The notes under the pieces: model-generated
Told to the model about the DNA's origin: nothing
What the model saw: only the letters and a program-made list of their open reading frames with translations
Database searches by the model: none
Position numbers and translations under genes: made by a program
NCBI RefSeq assembly: GCF_000315625.1
Contig: NW_005434609.1
Location: forward strand, 200,763-237,797
Length of the DNA: 37,035 nucleotides
Reading direction: 5' to 3'
Origin: Guillardia theta CCMP2712
Taxonomy: Eukaryota > Protista > Cryptophyta
Part shown: one piece after another, positions 1 through 11,770 of the stretch
Layout: each line of letters opens with the position of its first letter
Position numbering within the stretch: the stretch's first letter is position 1

Positions 1-40
1 GAGGGTGGTGGAGGAGGTGGATCGATAAATTTACCACAAG

Positions 41-269
41 ACATCCCGATGACGATGTTCACAATAACCAACATCATCTTTCCTTCTCTGAGCTTGCGGA
101 TGGATACGATCACACTGCAAGCAAGTCTGTCAAGAACAACAACACGGGGAGCGAGCAAGATTGTGATTTACCCCAGGAAAACTCCCATGAAGGACCACAA
201 GACGATGGAGAATGCGTACACTGGCTTCTCAGAGCTGGCCTTGTGCTCCCACAACTGAAGGAAAGTTAA
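41..269 (+). CDS. Probable last exon of a gene starting upstream of the window (unknown product)
   Basis: AG acceptor at ~40 after a purine-rich tract. Two reading frames stay open, to stops at 258 and 269. No recognisable domain. Confidence 0.35.
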
Positions 270-1657
270 CTCAGCACGCCAGTGACGGTACTGACGAACT
301 CGAGAGCAGCCCAGACATTGACAACACACATGTGTAACACGGACAACACACAGGTACACCAACTGCTTGAAGAGGTGACATGTACATCAAGAGCAGACAT
401 GCACATAAAATGAATCATACCCGATACTAACATGAACATCAACCACAACAGCCTTCTCACCTTCAGCTCCGTCACCTCCGCGTAGCTTGCGTTCGCGATC
501 TTGTATTGCTGGAAGATGAGAGAGATGCGCCGTCGGTTGTCGTCGCTTTCTTCACTCCCCTCCATCGAGTAGTCCGTCCATTTGAAGTACGTATCTCCCC
601 GCAGCCTGTGCAGGGTGTTGGGTCTTGGCTCCTCTACGATCGCCACTGCGTTGATCTTGGCATAGTTCTCCCCTCTGTTGTCCCTGTCTCCGTCCTCGAA
701 CAACTGCAACTGCCCCCCAATAATTCCTTTCGGGACCTGATGCATTACATTCACTCACTCACTCACTCACTCCTCCTCGTCCTCCTCGTCCTCCTCGTCC
801 TCCTCCCCTCCCTGCCTCTCCACTCTTCCCACAGACTGCAATCCCCTTTCGCTCCCTCCCTCCCCCAGCCTCCTCGCTCACTCGCTCCCCCTCCCAACCT
901 CGATGTCAAGAATGCTGTGCGCATACGGGACCCAGGTGTTGTGCTTGTCTTCGAGGGGAGCCTCGTCCTCGGTTCCCTGCAGCGACATCGAGGAGCTGAA
1001 GTAGCTGGCGCTCATGTTGTAGTCGTTGGGCATGCCGATGAACACCTGAGGGTCGCAGCGGTCAGACGGCAGGAAGCATGCTCAGCAGGCGTTGCAAACC
1101 TTCAAGACAAACGCGTTGGTCTCGTCAATCTTCTCCTTCTGCAGGAAGTCCGCACAGAGAAAGCGGAGGTCCGAGGAGTAGCACAGCTTTCTGAACCCAG
1201 CTCTGTTCCCCTTCATTGCACTTCAAGTCAGCTGAGACAGCCACTAGGAAAGCGCTCAACCTTGGCCCATGTCTGAACGCGAGAGTTGAGCCCTGAAATC
1301 TGCAAGAACTCCGTCTGTTGAGAGTGTCAGGGGCGAAGACGGGGTTACGACAGCTTTTTCTACCTCGTTTGAAATGATAGGGTGACTGAGAACGAGGTTC
1401 TTGACAAACTCAAACCGATCGCTGAACAGATGTTAGGAGTACATAGAGATAAGACAGCTCAGGATCACTTTGTCATGAACGCAACGCTCTTCTGGTATAG
1501 CGGATCCGATTCGCTGCTAGCATGCTGAAAGTTGAACAATGAGGAGCAGGGAGCAGAGACATCGCTCTCAAGGTACCTGGATGAGGTGAGGTGTGAACCA
1601 GTCCCACACGAGAAACACGAGGATAGAGAGGCCAAGGGCATAAACCCAAGTATTCAT
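266..1657 (-). CDS. Multi-exon 2OG-Fe(II) oxygenase-fold protein with an N-terminal signal anchor; metal ligands apparently lost
   Basis: Manual splice: MNTWVYALGLSILVFLVWDWFTPHLIQ|HASSESDPLYQKSVAFMT|NDRFEFVKNLVLSHPIISNE|GSTLAFRHGP|SAMKGNRAGFRKL...ETNAFVLK|VFIGMPNDYNMSASYFSSS...YAHSILDIE|VPKGIIGGQLQLF...PRPNTLHRLRGDTYF...RRISLIFQQYK. The NAF, GGxLxL, PxxNxL..RGD and RISL motifs follow the double-stranded beta-helix pattern. Confidence 0.6.
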
Positions 1658-2232
1658 CTGTGAAGCGATCAACAACCCAGGCACCCACCACTTGCTCCAC
1701 CAACCCATCCTTCACTCATCTCTACAACAACCTTGTTGTCCCTCTTTGCTCTCTCTGCCTTCATGTTCATCCTCTACCTTCTTCTGATCTCCTCCCTCCT
1801 CCCTCCTCCCTCCTCCCTCCTCTCCTTCATCTTCGCTTCCACCCGCCCCCATTTTTTCCCTGCAGCATCTTTTTCGCCTTCTACGTCCCTCCGATTTTTA
1901 AACGGCTCCAGCTAATCTAATTTTTTAAAAAAGATGTGGGTTGAGTAATATAATTAGTTAATATCTATGGTCTTGCCAAAAGATCAGCGGGGGGATGCGG
2001 TCCCGTTCCTGTTTGTCTCTTCAGGCCGGCATGGCGAAGCTTGTGTAAGCAGCTGGGGAAGGAGCGGCCGAGAAGAGAGAGAGCGTGCGCGAGCGAGAGA
2101 GAGGACAGGAGCCGACGCTGTCACTCGACCTTTGAGATAGATAGAGGGAGAGCGAGAGATCCACACAGAGGAAGACTCTTTACACATTTCTATCGTTTCC
2201 CGTCGAGTTTCATCGCTACGTATCTCCGAAGG

Positions 2233-3400
2233 ATGATGCCGCGTCGAGATTTTCGAGCCCTGACCGTCGCCTCCCTGGTGGCTGTGGGGTGTGTCCTGGG
2301 TGTTCTGACCTCATTGTCGAGCCATGGGAGGGCAAGGCATGAAGCGCTCCTTGCATCCGACTCCAAGATAATGACTCAGCTCTTCCCTGAGATCCCAGAC
2401 CCGCACCCTGATCCAGACCCATGGCCGTACCCAGGACATCCGGCCAGGTCGCCCATCTCGAAGCAGCAGGACTCCAAGAGGATGGCCAGGACTCAGATCA
2501 AGTCTGAGGCAGAAGACAGGCTGGGCATCACAGCTCAACCGGCGCTAGGTCGGGCCCACGGGTGTCGTCCGGAGCAGATCGTGGTGTTCCCCGAAGACGA
2601 CTGCGACCCTCTCACCGAGAAGATGAAGCCTGGGATACAGAAGTGGAACGCGCTGGTGGCGGCGCAAACCTCCAAGACACTGGGAGGAGTCCACTGGAAC
2701 TCGGGAGACACCCACCCTTCCATGGACGCCTTCCCCCTTCATGAGCGCCATGGCGGGTACTCCGGGTTCGGGTTTCAGGACGTGTACTACGACTCATCCA
2801 AGGGTGTACATCCAACCCTGTACAGAAGTCAGATCGGGTACTCGAAGCATCCTCGCGTGATGGGGACGAAGCAGGTTGGGTCAGTCTCACAGCTGAAGCT
2901 GCAGCGAGTCAAGGCGGATATCGGGCATCAGCTCATCGGACAGGGGAAGGCCGAGCTCAAGGCCGCTCAGCACGTGGACACTAAGGAAGCGATCCGACTG
3001 TACAAGGATGCCACTGGGAGATTCCGGGAGGCAGCCAAGCTTGACTCCCTCAGGTTCCAACCAGGGAGCTCGCAAGTGGGAGGCCGTCGTCAACAAGGTG
3101 ATGTAAAGGTTGTGACAAGTGCAGCTCGTGACATGGTCACAGGGGCGCCATGGACTCGTTGAACAAGATCGAAGCGGACACCAGGGGGCTCTATGTGCGG
3201 AGCGCGCGCCTTGTTCCGACTCACAGCTGATGGTCCTGGCAGGGCGTCTTCAAGGGAGTGGATGCGGTGGAGGAAAAGCGCCTTAGGCGGGTGGTGAGGA
3301 CGTCTGTTGCTGCTCTTAGACCCGAAGCTGACGTGTGTTGGTGTGTAGGAGAGAGAAATGCGGGACGTGAAACAAGTCTTGTCTCAGTGAAGGCAGTTAC
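2233..3400 (+). CDS. Orphan type II membrane or secreted protein (long first exon, short 3' exons; end uncertain)
   Basis: ORF 2233-3162 has strong C/G third-position bias, a hydrophobic N-terminal segment (ALTVASLVAVGCVLGVLTSL) and a Pro/Asp-rich stretch. GT..AG pairs follow ~3098. Confidence 0.6.
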
Positions 3401-3461
3401 GTCATGAGTTAATTTATCTCCATCGTCATTGTACAAGCTAAATTAAAAGTAACCTGCTGTC

Positions 3462-3900
3462 TCATCGTCTCACAAGGTCCTTCAGGTCGAACTGACTCGC
3501 TTCCTTCAATCTCTCCATCAGTTTTGCGATCTCTGGTCCTCTAGCAACCAGCTGTCAAGGTAAGGGTCAACGTGAACATCGGTACACGAGTATCTGCAAC
3601 ACCTGCTCTTCAGCCGCCGTTATCTGCATTCTCAAGCTCGAAAGCGGAGGCTCCGTGTTGTTCGAGCTGTTGAATATCAGCCTTGAGGGAACACAGCTCC
3701 TCTGAACTCACTCGTCGGCGTCTCTCTTGTTGCTGTTCATTTCGACTTTGGTCCCAGTGACAGCAACCAGTATCACCTATCACCACCAATCCTGCGTCAA
3801 CAGTCAGTGGTTCCATTGGCTTCCCTCGCCAATCTATTTGTCTCATGTCTCATCCACCGGGTTCAGCTTCAAGTCTAAAGATGCACTTTCAAATAACAAG
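3462..3900 (-). CDS. Small multi-exon hypothetical protein (start uncertain)
   Basis: Phase-consistent exons ILVAVTGTKVEMNSNKRDAD|DNSNNTEPPLSSLRMQITAAEEQ|LVARGPEIAKLMERLKEASQFDLKDLVRR* with GT-AG introns; stop at 3462-3464. Confidence 0.4.
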
Positions 3901-4283
3901 GTCTACCCAGCCTTAGTCCATCTGCTCTACCAACAACACTTGTTGGCCTAAGAAAGTCTCACTTTCCACTATCACAATGCCGCCTGTACTCGATGAAAAT
4001 GCTCCTCCGCTACTGGTAGCATCTCCTGCTCCTGTTCCTCTTCCTGCCCCTGCCCCTGCCCCTGCCCCTGAACGCCTTCTATTCCTGCATTTATCGATCC
4101 CATTCCCCCATCCAACCCACCCCACATGTTCCCAACCCCCTACAGCTATGACCCACCCATTCTAAAGAATACCCCTATATTTCACACAAACTCATGGATA
4201 AAAGGGGTACTATACATGACCCTCTCCTGTTCTTTCTACCCCTTACCTTCTACCACCCCACTTCCATACTCTCCGTCCCTGTC

Positions 4284-7200
4284 ATGGCGGACGAGCTCTA
4301 CGAGGAATGCGCGAAGAATCAGCCGAACATGGAGGTGATCCGACCTCTTGAGCTCATGCCCCTTCTCAGCTGGAGTCCAGCTAGACCTCACCTTCCTCAC
4401 ACCTACCCAGCAGCATTCCGCTCTCGCTCCTCCCTTGCACTCTCGCAATCCCGAGCTGATCGCCTCGACCTCCTCCACGTCCTCCTCGTCCTCGTCCTCG
4501 TCCTCGTCCTACTACTGTTGTACTATCCCTCTTCACCTCCATTTCCTTGCTCTCCCCTCAGCTGCTGGAGGCACGTTCTTTCCATTCCCTTGGCTGAACT
4601 TCGCACTTCCACCAATGTCTCTGACTTATACGTGTTTCAGGTCGTGAGAGATCTTTGCCGATCTCACGGGATTCCAATGGATCTTCGTGGGAGAGTATGG
4701 CAGGTCAGAAACTGACCTGAACAGCAACAACTGACATGTTGGACATGTCACTCCTCTCCAACATGTTACTCCTCCTTTGACTTCTTCCTCCCCCTCATCT
4801 CAGATATCCTTTCCTCCATGTAGTATCTCACACGAGCATCTCAGATCCTCCTCGGGGTTGTCAACAAGAAGGCGAACCTACAAGCCTGGGCGGAAGATGA
4901 TCTTGTGCTGGAGGATCAGCAGGTGTGGGGGAGCAGGGAGCTCAGCTGAAGTCTGACGGCCTATAAGATTATCCGTGCTGATGTCAACCGTACAAGGCAG
5001 AGCATTGACAAGTTCAAGACCGAGAAGGCATGTGCTTCACCTCCAACACCACTGATCATGTCTTGCTCCTCAACATCTCCCATGATGACTTGCTCGCTGT
5101 CGAGACTGACTGTGGCCGCAGGTGCAGAAGGATATGGAGGTTCTGTTGACCATCTACTGCAAGCGGAGGTCCGTCAAGTACACGCAGGTCTGTTGAGTCG
5201 CTTCAGAGCCTGTCGATGCTGCGCAGAGGGTCTGACGATGTGCCGCAAGGGATTGAACGAGCTCCTGGCTCCCGTCCTCGACCTTGAGGGCGAGCAGTTC
5301 GACATGAGCGCGGTCTTCAACTGCTTTTATGCCATCGTACAGGTTGTTTGCTCCGCCGACTCCCTTGCCAAGGCTCCTCTCCCTGCCCTTTCTCCTCCCC
5401 TCTCCTTCCCCTTTCTCTCCCCCTCCCCCTTCCCGCTTCCTTCCCTCCTTCAAACCCCTCCCCCTTTCCCTCGCCAAGCCCCGCCCCTCCTCCTTGCTCC
5501 GACCCCCTCCCTTCTCCAACCCCCTCCCCTCCCTCTGGCATGAGGATGTGACGGGGCCCCTGGCAGAGGTTCCTTCCTAACACACTCCGCGGCCATGACC
5601 TCAAGACGCTCAGGAGGAGCCTGGAGCTCCTCAGGATTCTTCTGCGCTACCACCTCCCTGCCCTCTCGGCCTTCCTAGAGGAGGCAGGGATCCGACCGGA
5701 CTTCTATGCCACCGGGTGGCTGGTCACTTTGTTTGCGGGCCAGTGCGAGATGGAGGTAGTGCACAAGTTGTGGGATACGATCATCTTCAACGACGATCCC
5801 ATCATGATCTATTTCATCGCCGTCGCTCTCCTCTATAGGGCTCAGGACAAGCTCTTGTCCTCCGATGCCGAAGCCGCGGCTGTGGAGCTACGGCAGATCA
5901 CGATCAAGAGCCGGGAGGAGGTGAAGGAGGTACCTGCACTTGCTTCATCCTTCCTTTGTGCTCCTCCTCCTCCTCTCTCACTACCTTTCACCCTTCCCTC
6001 ACTTGTCATTCTACTCTCTCCTCCTACTTGGCTGTCGTCTTTCTCCCACCTCTTCTCCCACCTTATTTCTTCACCACCATCTCCTCCTCCTCCTCCCCCT
6101 CCTCCTCCTCACTGCTCTTCCGGCAGGTCGTCAATTTGGCAGCAGAATTGTCTTCATCTACGCCCCGAAGTTTTCGGAGGACAGTTCATCGTGCTACCAT
6201 CCAGAATGAGGCGAACGAACACTGGGTGAGCGGCGCACGAGGAGCAAGGAGGAGATGGAGCAGTAGGATAGTTATGTGTAGTAGCGGGGAAAGGGAAAGG
6301 AAGGGAAGGGAAGGGGGAAGAGAGGGGGATAGGAAGGAGGGGAGGAGGAGGAGGGGGAGGAGGAGGAGGAGGTGAGGTGGTGGTGGTGGTGGTGGTGGTG
6401 GTGGTGGTGGAAGAGGAGGAGGTGGATGTAGAGGAGAAGGAGGTGGAGGAGGTGGAGTCAAGACGTCAGGTTGATGTTGTGGAGCAGGATGCTCTACTTA
6501 CCTCCTGCCCTGCCCTTCTCGTCTCACCGGGCGACCTCGGGCACCTCGTGGGAGGACAAGCGTATCAGGTCATCGACTGTCGCACAGCCGGAGAGTTTCA
6601 AGCAGGGAGGCTGAAAGGCTCTGTCCTCCTCAAAGCCGCTCCCCGAGCTGAAGATCAGCAAGAGGCGCTGGCTGCTGCCCTGCAAGAGCTTTCGACCCTC
6701 CTCGCTGCCGCCAAGGAGGCAAAGAGGCCAGTCTGTGTGCTCGGGGAAGGGAAGCAGGACGAGGAGACGGTCTCGTTTGTCTGCAGCAAGCTGATCGCGC
6801 AGGGGATGGACAAAGTCTGCGTGCTGGACGGCGGGTTTCGCTCTTGTGCCCATGTGCTCCTGGGAGGTGGGAGGGTGTTGCATGCTCACTGTGCTGCAGT
6901 ACTTCCAGACGGCTGGAGCTGTGGAGGAGATGCTGGAGGGGGATCTTATCCTAGAGGCCACCTCTGACGTGCAGTCAAGTGATCAACTACCTCACACTGC
7001 TTGCACCCCCTCCCCCTCCCTCTCCCTCTCCTTCTCCTTCTTCTTCTTCTCTCCTCCCCCCTCCCCCCTCCTCCCACCTCTCTCCTTCTCCTCCCCTCTC
7101 TCTCTCCCTCTCTCTCTCCCTCCCTCCTTCTCCGGTCGAATTCCTCCAACGTCTGCACCTCTCTTCTCTCATGTTCACCATTTCCTCCTCCTCGTCGTCG

Positions 7201-7426
7201 TCTCTCCTCCTCTTTCTTCTCCAACGTTCTTGTTCTTTTCTTCCAACAAATCTTCTTTATCCTTTCTCCTCCTCCCCCCTATCGCCTGCCTGCCATGCTG
7301 AGATTCTCCTCCAGGTAGGAGTAGTGAGAGCGGAGAAGCTTTTTCGGAGCGAGCGCCGACAGCAACGGAGATGGCGAAGGCGAGTATGGAGGAATTGGCG
7401 GATTGGGGGAAGGGGGAGGACGAGGT

Positions 7427-7481
<55 letters not shown>

Positions 7482-7720
7482 GATGACTTGAGCTGCAGGA
7501 AGGGCTGGAGCTTGCAACCGAGGGGATTATCGCGGTGAAGGAAGCAGCCATTGCGATGTACAGCGACCCACGAGTTGCTCAGGTTGAGGAGGGGGAAGCG
7601 AAGCAGACGCAGAAGGAAGGAGCAGGAGCAGGAGGAAGAGGAGCAGGAGCAGGAGCAGGAGGAAGAGGAGCAGGAGCAGGAGCGGGAGCGGGAGCGGGAG
7701 CGGGAGCGGGAGCGGGAGCG

Positions 7721-7755
<35 letters not shown>

Positions 7756-7765
7756 AAGAGGTGCG

Positions 7766-7800
<35 letters not shown>

Positions 7801-8505
7801 GGGACCTCTGGTGTGGTGGTAACCTTGCCGAGCAGGCAGCGGAAAAGACGAAGCAGAAGGCGAAACTTTGGGGTCAGCGGGGGCTGGGGATGCTCAGCGC
7901 TGCTGTGTCGAAGGCGACTGGGAAGGCTGCAGAGCTAAAGATGGTGAGCAGGAGGTGGAGGAGGAAAGGGGGGGGGGGAGCAGGAAGGGAACAGGAAGGG
8001 AGCAGGAGGAGGAGGAAGGTGGGGAAGGTGTAAGTTATTGTGAAGGTGTCGGGGGTCGTAACACGACTGACAAGATCAGCTGACCGGTCACGTGACACAT
8101 CACGTGACCTATACAAGACTTTTTTTATATTGTACATCCATAAACCCATAGGACATTTCTCTCAGGGGTGAAGAAAACCTCCCTTGATTCTCCTGTTTTC
8201 TCGACAGATCCTTGTCNNNNNNNNNNNNNNNNNNNNNNNNNNNNNNNNNNNNNNNNNNNNNNNNNNNNNNNNNNNNNNNNNNNNNNNNNNNNNNNNNNNN
8301 NNNNNNNNNNNNNNNNATCATTACGTAGCAATCAGAGACGATGTTGAAGCACGAAAGTAACATCTGGAAGGAAAAGGTGATAGAATCCTTGTCGTCTGTC
8401 GTCCTCTCCCCGCTCCTTCATCTCACCTCTCACCCTCTCCCGTCATATAGTCTCTCCCTCTCCTCCCTCCTCCTCTTCCTCCTTCTCTTCCTCCTCAAGT
8501 CCTCC

Positions 8506-8553
<48 letters not shown>

Positions 8554-10034
8554 CCTCTCCTGTCCTCCTCCTCCTCTTCCTCCTCCTCATCTTCCTCCTC
8601 CTCCTCTTCCTCCTCCCCTCTCCTGTCTCTTCCTCCTCCTCCTCCGCGTCCTTTACCTCAACCCATCTTCTCCTTCCCCATCTCTCAACCCATCTTCTCC
8701 TTCCCCTGCCTTCACGAGCATCCTTCGGTTTCTCAACGACTCGTGCAGACACGATGCAGGAACCCCGCTTTGCGATCGAAGACGAGGAAGAGGACATGGG
8801 TGAGCACGTAAGAAGGAGGAGGAGGGGAGGAGACTGAGGGCTGCGGGGCAGGTGACGGCAGGGCGGGGAGAGACGGAGGGGGAGGAGGAGGAGAAGAGGA
8901 CAAGCTAGACATTCAGATCGACTCGCTCATCAACCTGGCGCACTGGAAGGAGAAACGGTTTACCCACGTCATCGGCTGCAAGAGACTTGGACCGAAAGGA
9001 CAAGTCTTCCCTAGGTAGAGGGAATACTCCTCCTCGCTCCTCCTCGCTCCTGCTCTCCCTCTCCTCTCCTCTCCTCCCCTCCCCTCTCCTCTCCCCTCTC
9101 CGCTCCTCCCCTCCCCTCCCCTCCCCTCCCCTCCCCTCCCCTCCCCTCCCCTCTCCTCCCCTCCCCTCTCCTCTCTCCTCCTCTGCCCCCCTCCCCTCTC
9201 AATTTTTGGGGATGACGAAGATGCAGGTATCTGATCGTCACAGAGAAACATGTAATGGATCTCGAAGCTCACGAGACGAAAGTGAATGTGGGCAGACTTA
9301 AGGTCGTAAAGTATGACAATGACAATGATGATGATCATGATGGAGATGATGATGATGACTTTGTTTTTGATAAGATGATGTAATTGTCAAGGTTTTCTTC
9401 TTCTCACCTCAACATCATCGTCTCGTTACTTTCTCAACCTCATTGCAGGCCTGGCATTCCCTCATTGACCTTGAGAGGATGACGATGAGCGAAGAGGATC
9501 CTGAGCTGCTCACGTTGATATTCCGGACGAGGAACGCGGACAAACCGAGAGGATATATCTACTCCATGGAGAGAGAGAGGAGAGATGAATGCGTCGAGGT
9601 GAAGGAAGCGTCGTCCTTGCGATCATGTTGAACTTGTGCAGGCGATCGAGGAGAACAAGAACAAGCTGAGAAGTCAGCAGAGGCAGAGCCGGAGGTTGTC
9701 TTCTGCAGAAGCGGCAGGGGGCGAGGAGAAGACGCAGGGAGCTGGGGGAGGAGACAAGGAGGTGCGGGAGAGTCCTGGGCAGGAGAAGGCGGGAGGAGGT
9801 GGCGATTTGATCAACTTGGCTGAAGACAATCAGGAAGCGAAACAGCAGCAGCCTCAGCAGCAGCAGCCTCAGCAGCAGCAGCAGCCTCAGCAGCAGCAGC
9901 AGCCTCAGCAGCAGCAGCAGCAGCAGCCTCAGCAGCAGCAGCAGCAGCCTCAGCAGCAGCAGCAGCAGCCTCAGCAGCAGCAGCAGCCTCAGCAGCAGCA
10001 GCAGCAGCAGCCTCAGCAGCAGCAGCAGCAGCCT

Positions 10035-10077
<43 letters not shown>

Positions 10078-10325
10078 GAGCACATGTTCAATCGGTGAAT
10101 NNNNNNNNNNNNNNNNNNNNNNNNNNNNNNNNNNNNNNNNNNNNNNNNNNNNNNNNNNNNNNNNNNNNNNNNNNNNNNNNNNNNNNNNNNNNNNNNNNNN
10201 GAGGAGGAGAGAGTATCATCGATGGGCTGAATCTCGAGGAGGAGCTGGAATGGCTCAAGGACGTGAAAGCAGACGAGGGAGAAATCAGCTTGGAAGAAGA
10301 CATCCCGGACTGGCTGAAGGAGTAG
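4284..10325 (+). CDS. TBC1D23: TBC1D23-like protein: TBC (RabGAP) + rhodanese-like + C-terminal PH-like domain, with a polyQ tail
   Basis: TBC exons: GIPMDLRGRVWQ|ILLG..|IIRADVNRTR|YTQ|GLNELLAP|LLRYHLPALSAFL..FYATGWLVTLFA..KLWD. Rhodanese: VIDCRTAGEFQAGRL..VCVLGEGKQDEE..VLDGGF. Linker: PRFAIEDEEED. PH-like: YLIVTEKH..DPELLTLIF. This domain order is characteristic of TBC1D23. Confidence 0.88.
7617..7803. repeat. (GGAGCA/GGAGCG)n hexamer microsatellite, probably intronic in TBC1D23
   Basis: Directly visible hexamer tandem repeat. Confidence 0.85.
8217..8316. other. Scaffold gap (100 N); similar gaps at 10101-10200, 11452-11551 and 19555-19654
   Basis: Runs of N of fixed length next to low-complexity or repetitive sequence. 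Confidence 0.99.
9843..10077 (+). repeat. Coding (CAG)n tract with periodic CCT interruptions, encoding (PQ4-7)n polyQ
   Basis: In frame with the final exon(s) of TBC1D23 (ORF 9636-10325); next to a scaffold gap. Confidence 0.85.
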
Positions 10326-10609
10326 AAGAGCAGGAGAACGGAAGGATGGGGAGAACAGCAGCAGGAGCAGGAAGATAAGGGAAGAGGAGGAGAAGGAAAG
10401 GGGAAAGAGGTGCGGGGGTAGGGAAAGGACAAGAGGAGGTCGAAAGGGTGGAGGAGCCGGAGCTGGAGCTGGAGCTGGAGCTGGAGCTGGAGCTGGAGCT
10501 GGAGCTGGAGCAGGAGCAGGAGCAGGAGCAGGAGGGATGCAGGTTGCAGCTCACTTGGATGTAATTGGTTTCAAAGAATATCACAACAGCATCTTCACGG
10601 TCTGGGCGA

Positions 10610-11094
10610 TCATGACATGTGGAAATCGATCTTCATCTTCATCTTCCCGTCCTGCCCCCACGTCACAGCCTTCCACCCTCCTCCCCCTTGTTTGCCCTGA
10701 GGTCTCAACCTCCTGCCCTGCCCTCCTCCTCCCCCTCTCCACCCCCAACCAACCCCCGTCCTCTCCTCTCCTGCTCCGACATTTCTTTCCTCCCCCTTGT
10801 GCTCTCCTCCTCTCCTCACCTCCTTCTCAAAACTGATGTTGAGCTTTGGTAGTGCAACAATCTCGCCTGAGCTCAACAATCAGATGGAACAACCCCGATC
10901 CCTCCGCTGCTTCCTCCCCATGACAAAATGCTGTTCCCCTTCCCTCCTCCCCCCCTCTGACAGTATGCTTTCTACCTTTTCCAACCAACTCCTCTCCCCT
11001 TTCACCGTCTTCCACTCTCCCTTCTCTTTCCTTCCCTCACAATATGCTTGCTCCACTTCACCTTCCCCTTCTCCTCCTCCTCCTCCTCCTCCTC

Positions 11095-11130
<36 letters not shown>

Positions 11131-11716
11131 CTCCTCGTCCTCTCCTCTTCTCCTCTTCTTCCCCTTCCCCTTCCCCTTCCCCTTCCCCTTCCCCTTCTCC
11201 TCCTCTCTTCTTCTCCCTCTCACAACATGTTCCCTACCTTTCTCACGCTTCTCTTGGACGACTTCCTCAACTTTTGCCCGAAGTTTGTTCGCCTTCACTT
11301 CATCCTCATCCTCCTCCCCTCCTGCGTCCACCTGCTGGGTGTTAAACTGTTCCTCCAAGAGCGACATGCACTTCACCATCCTCCTCCTTCTCCTCCTCCT
11401 CATCATCAGCTCCATCATCATGTCCATAATCATCTCAATCATCAACAACAANNNNNNNNNNNNNNNNNNNNNNNNNNNNNNNNNNNNNNNNNNNNNNNNN
11501 NNNNNNNNNNNNNNNNNNNNNNNNNNNNNNNNNNNNNNNNNNNNNNNNNNNTCATCCTTGCACGTCTTCCTTCTTTCCCATTCTCTTACTCCTCCATATC
11601 CACTATCGACATCACCATCATCTCCCTCCTGTCTATTATCTCTTCCTCCTCCTCCTCCTCCTCCACCACCACCACCACCACCATTCATCATTCATCATTC
11701 AAATCATCATCATCAT

Positions 11717-11770
<54 letters not shown>

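Noticed and set aside
506-1276. 256-aa plus-strand ORF
   Set aside because: Antisense shadow of the spliced minus-strand gene; it runs across intronic repeats.
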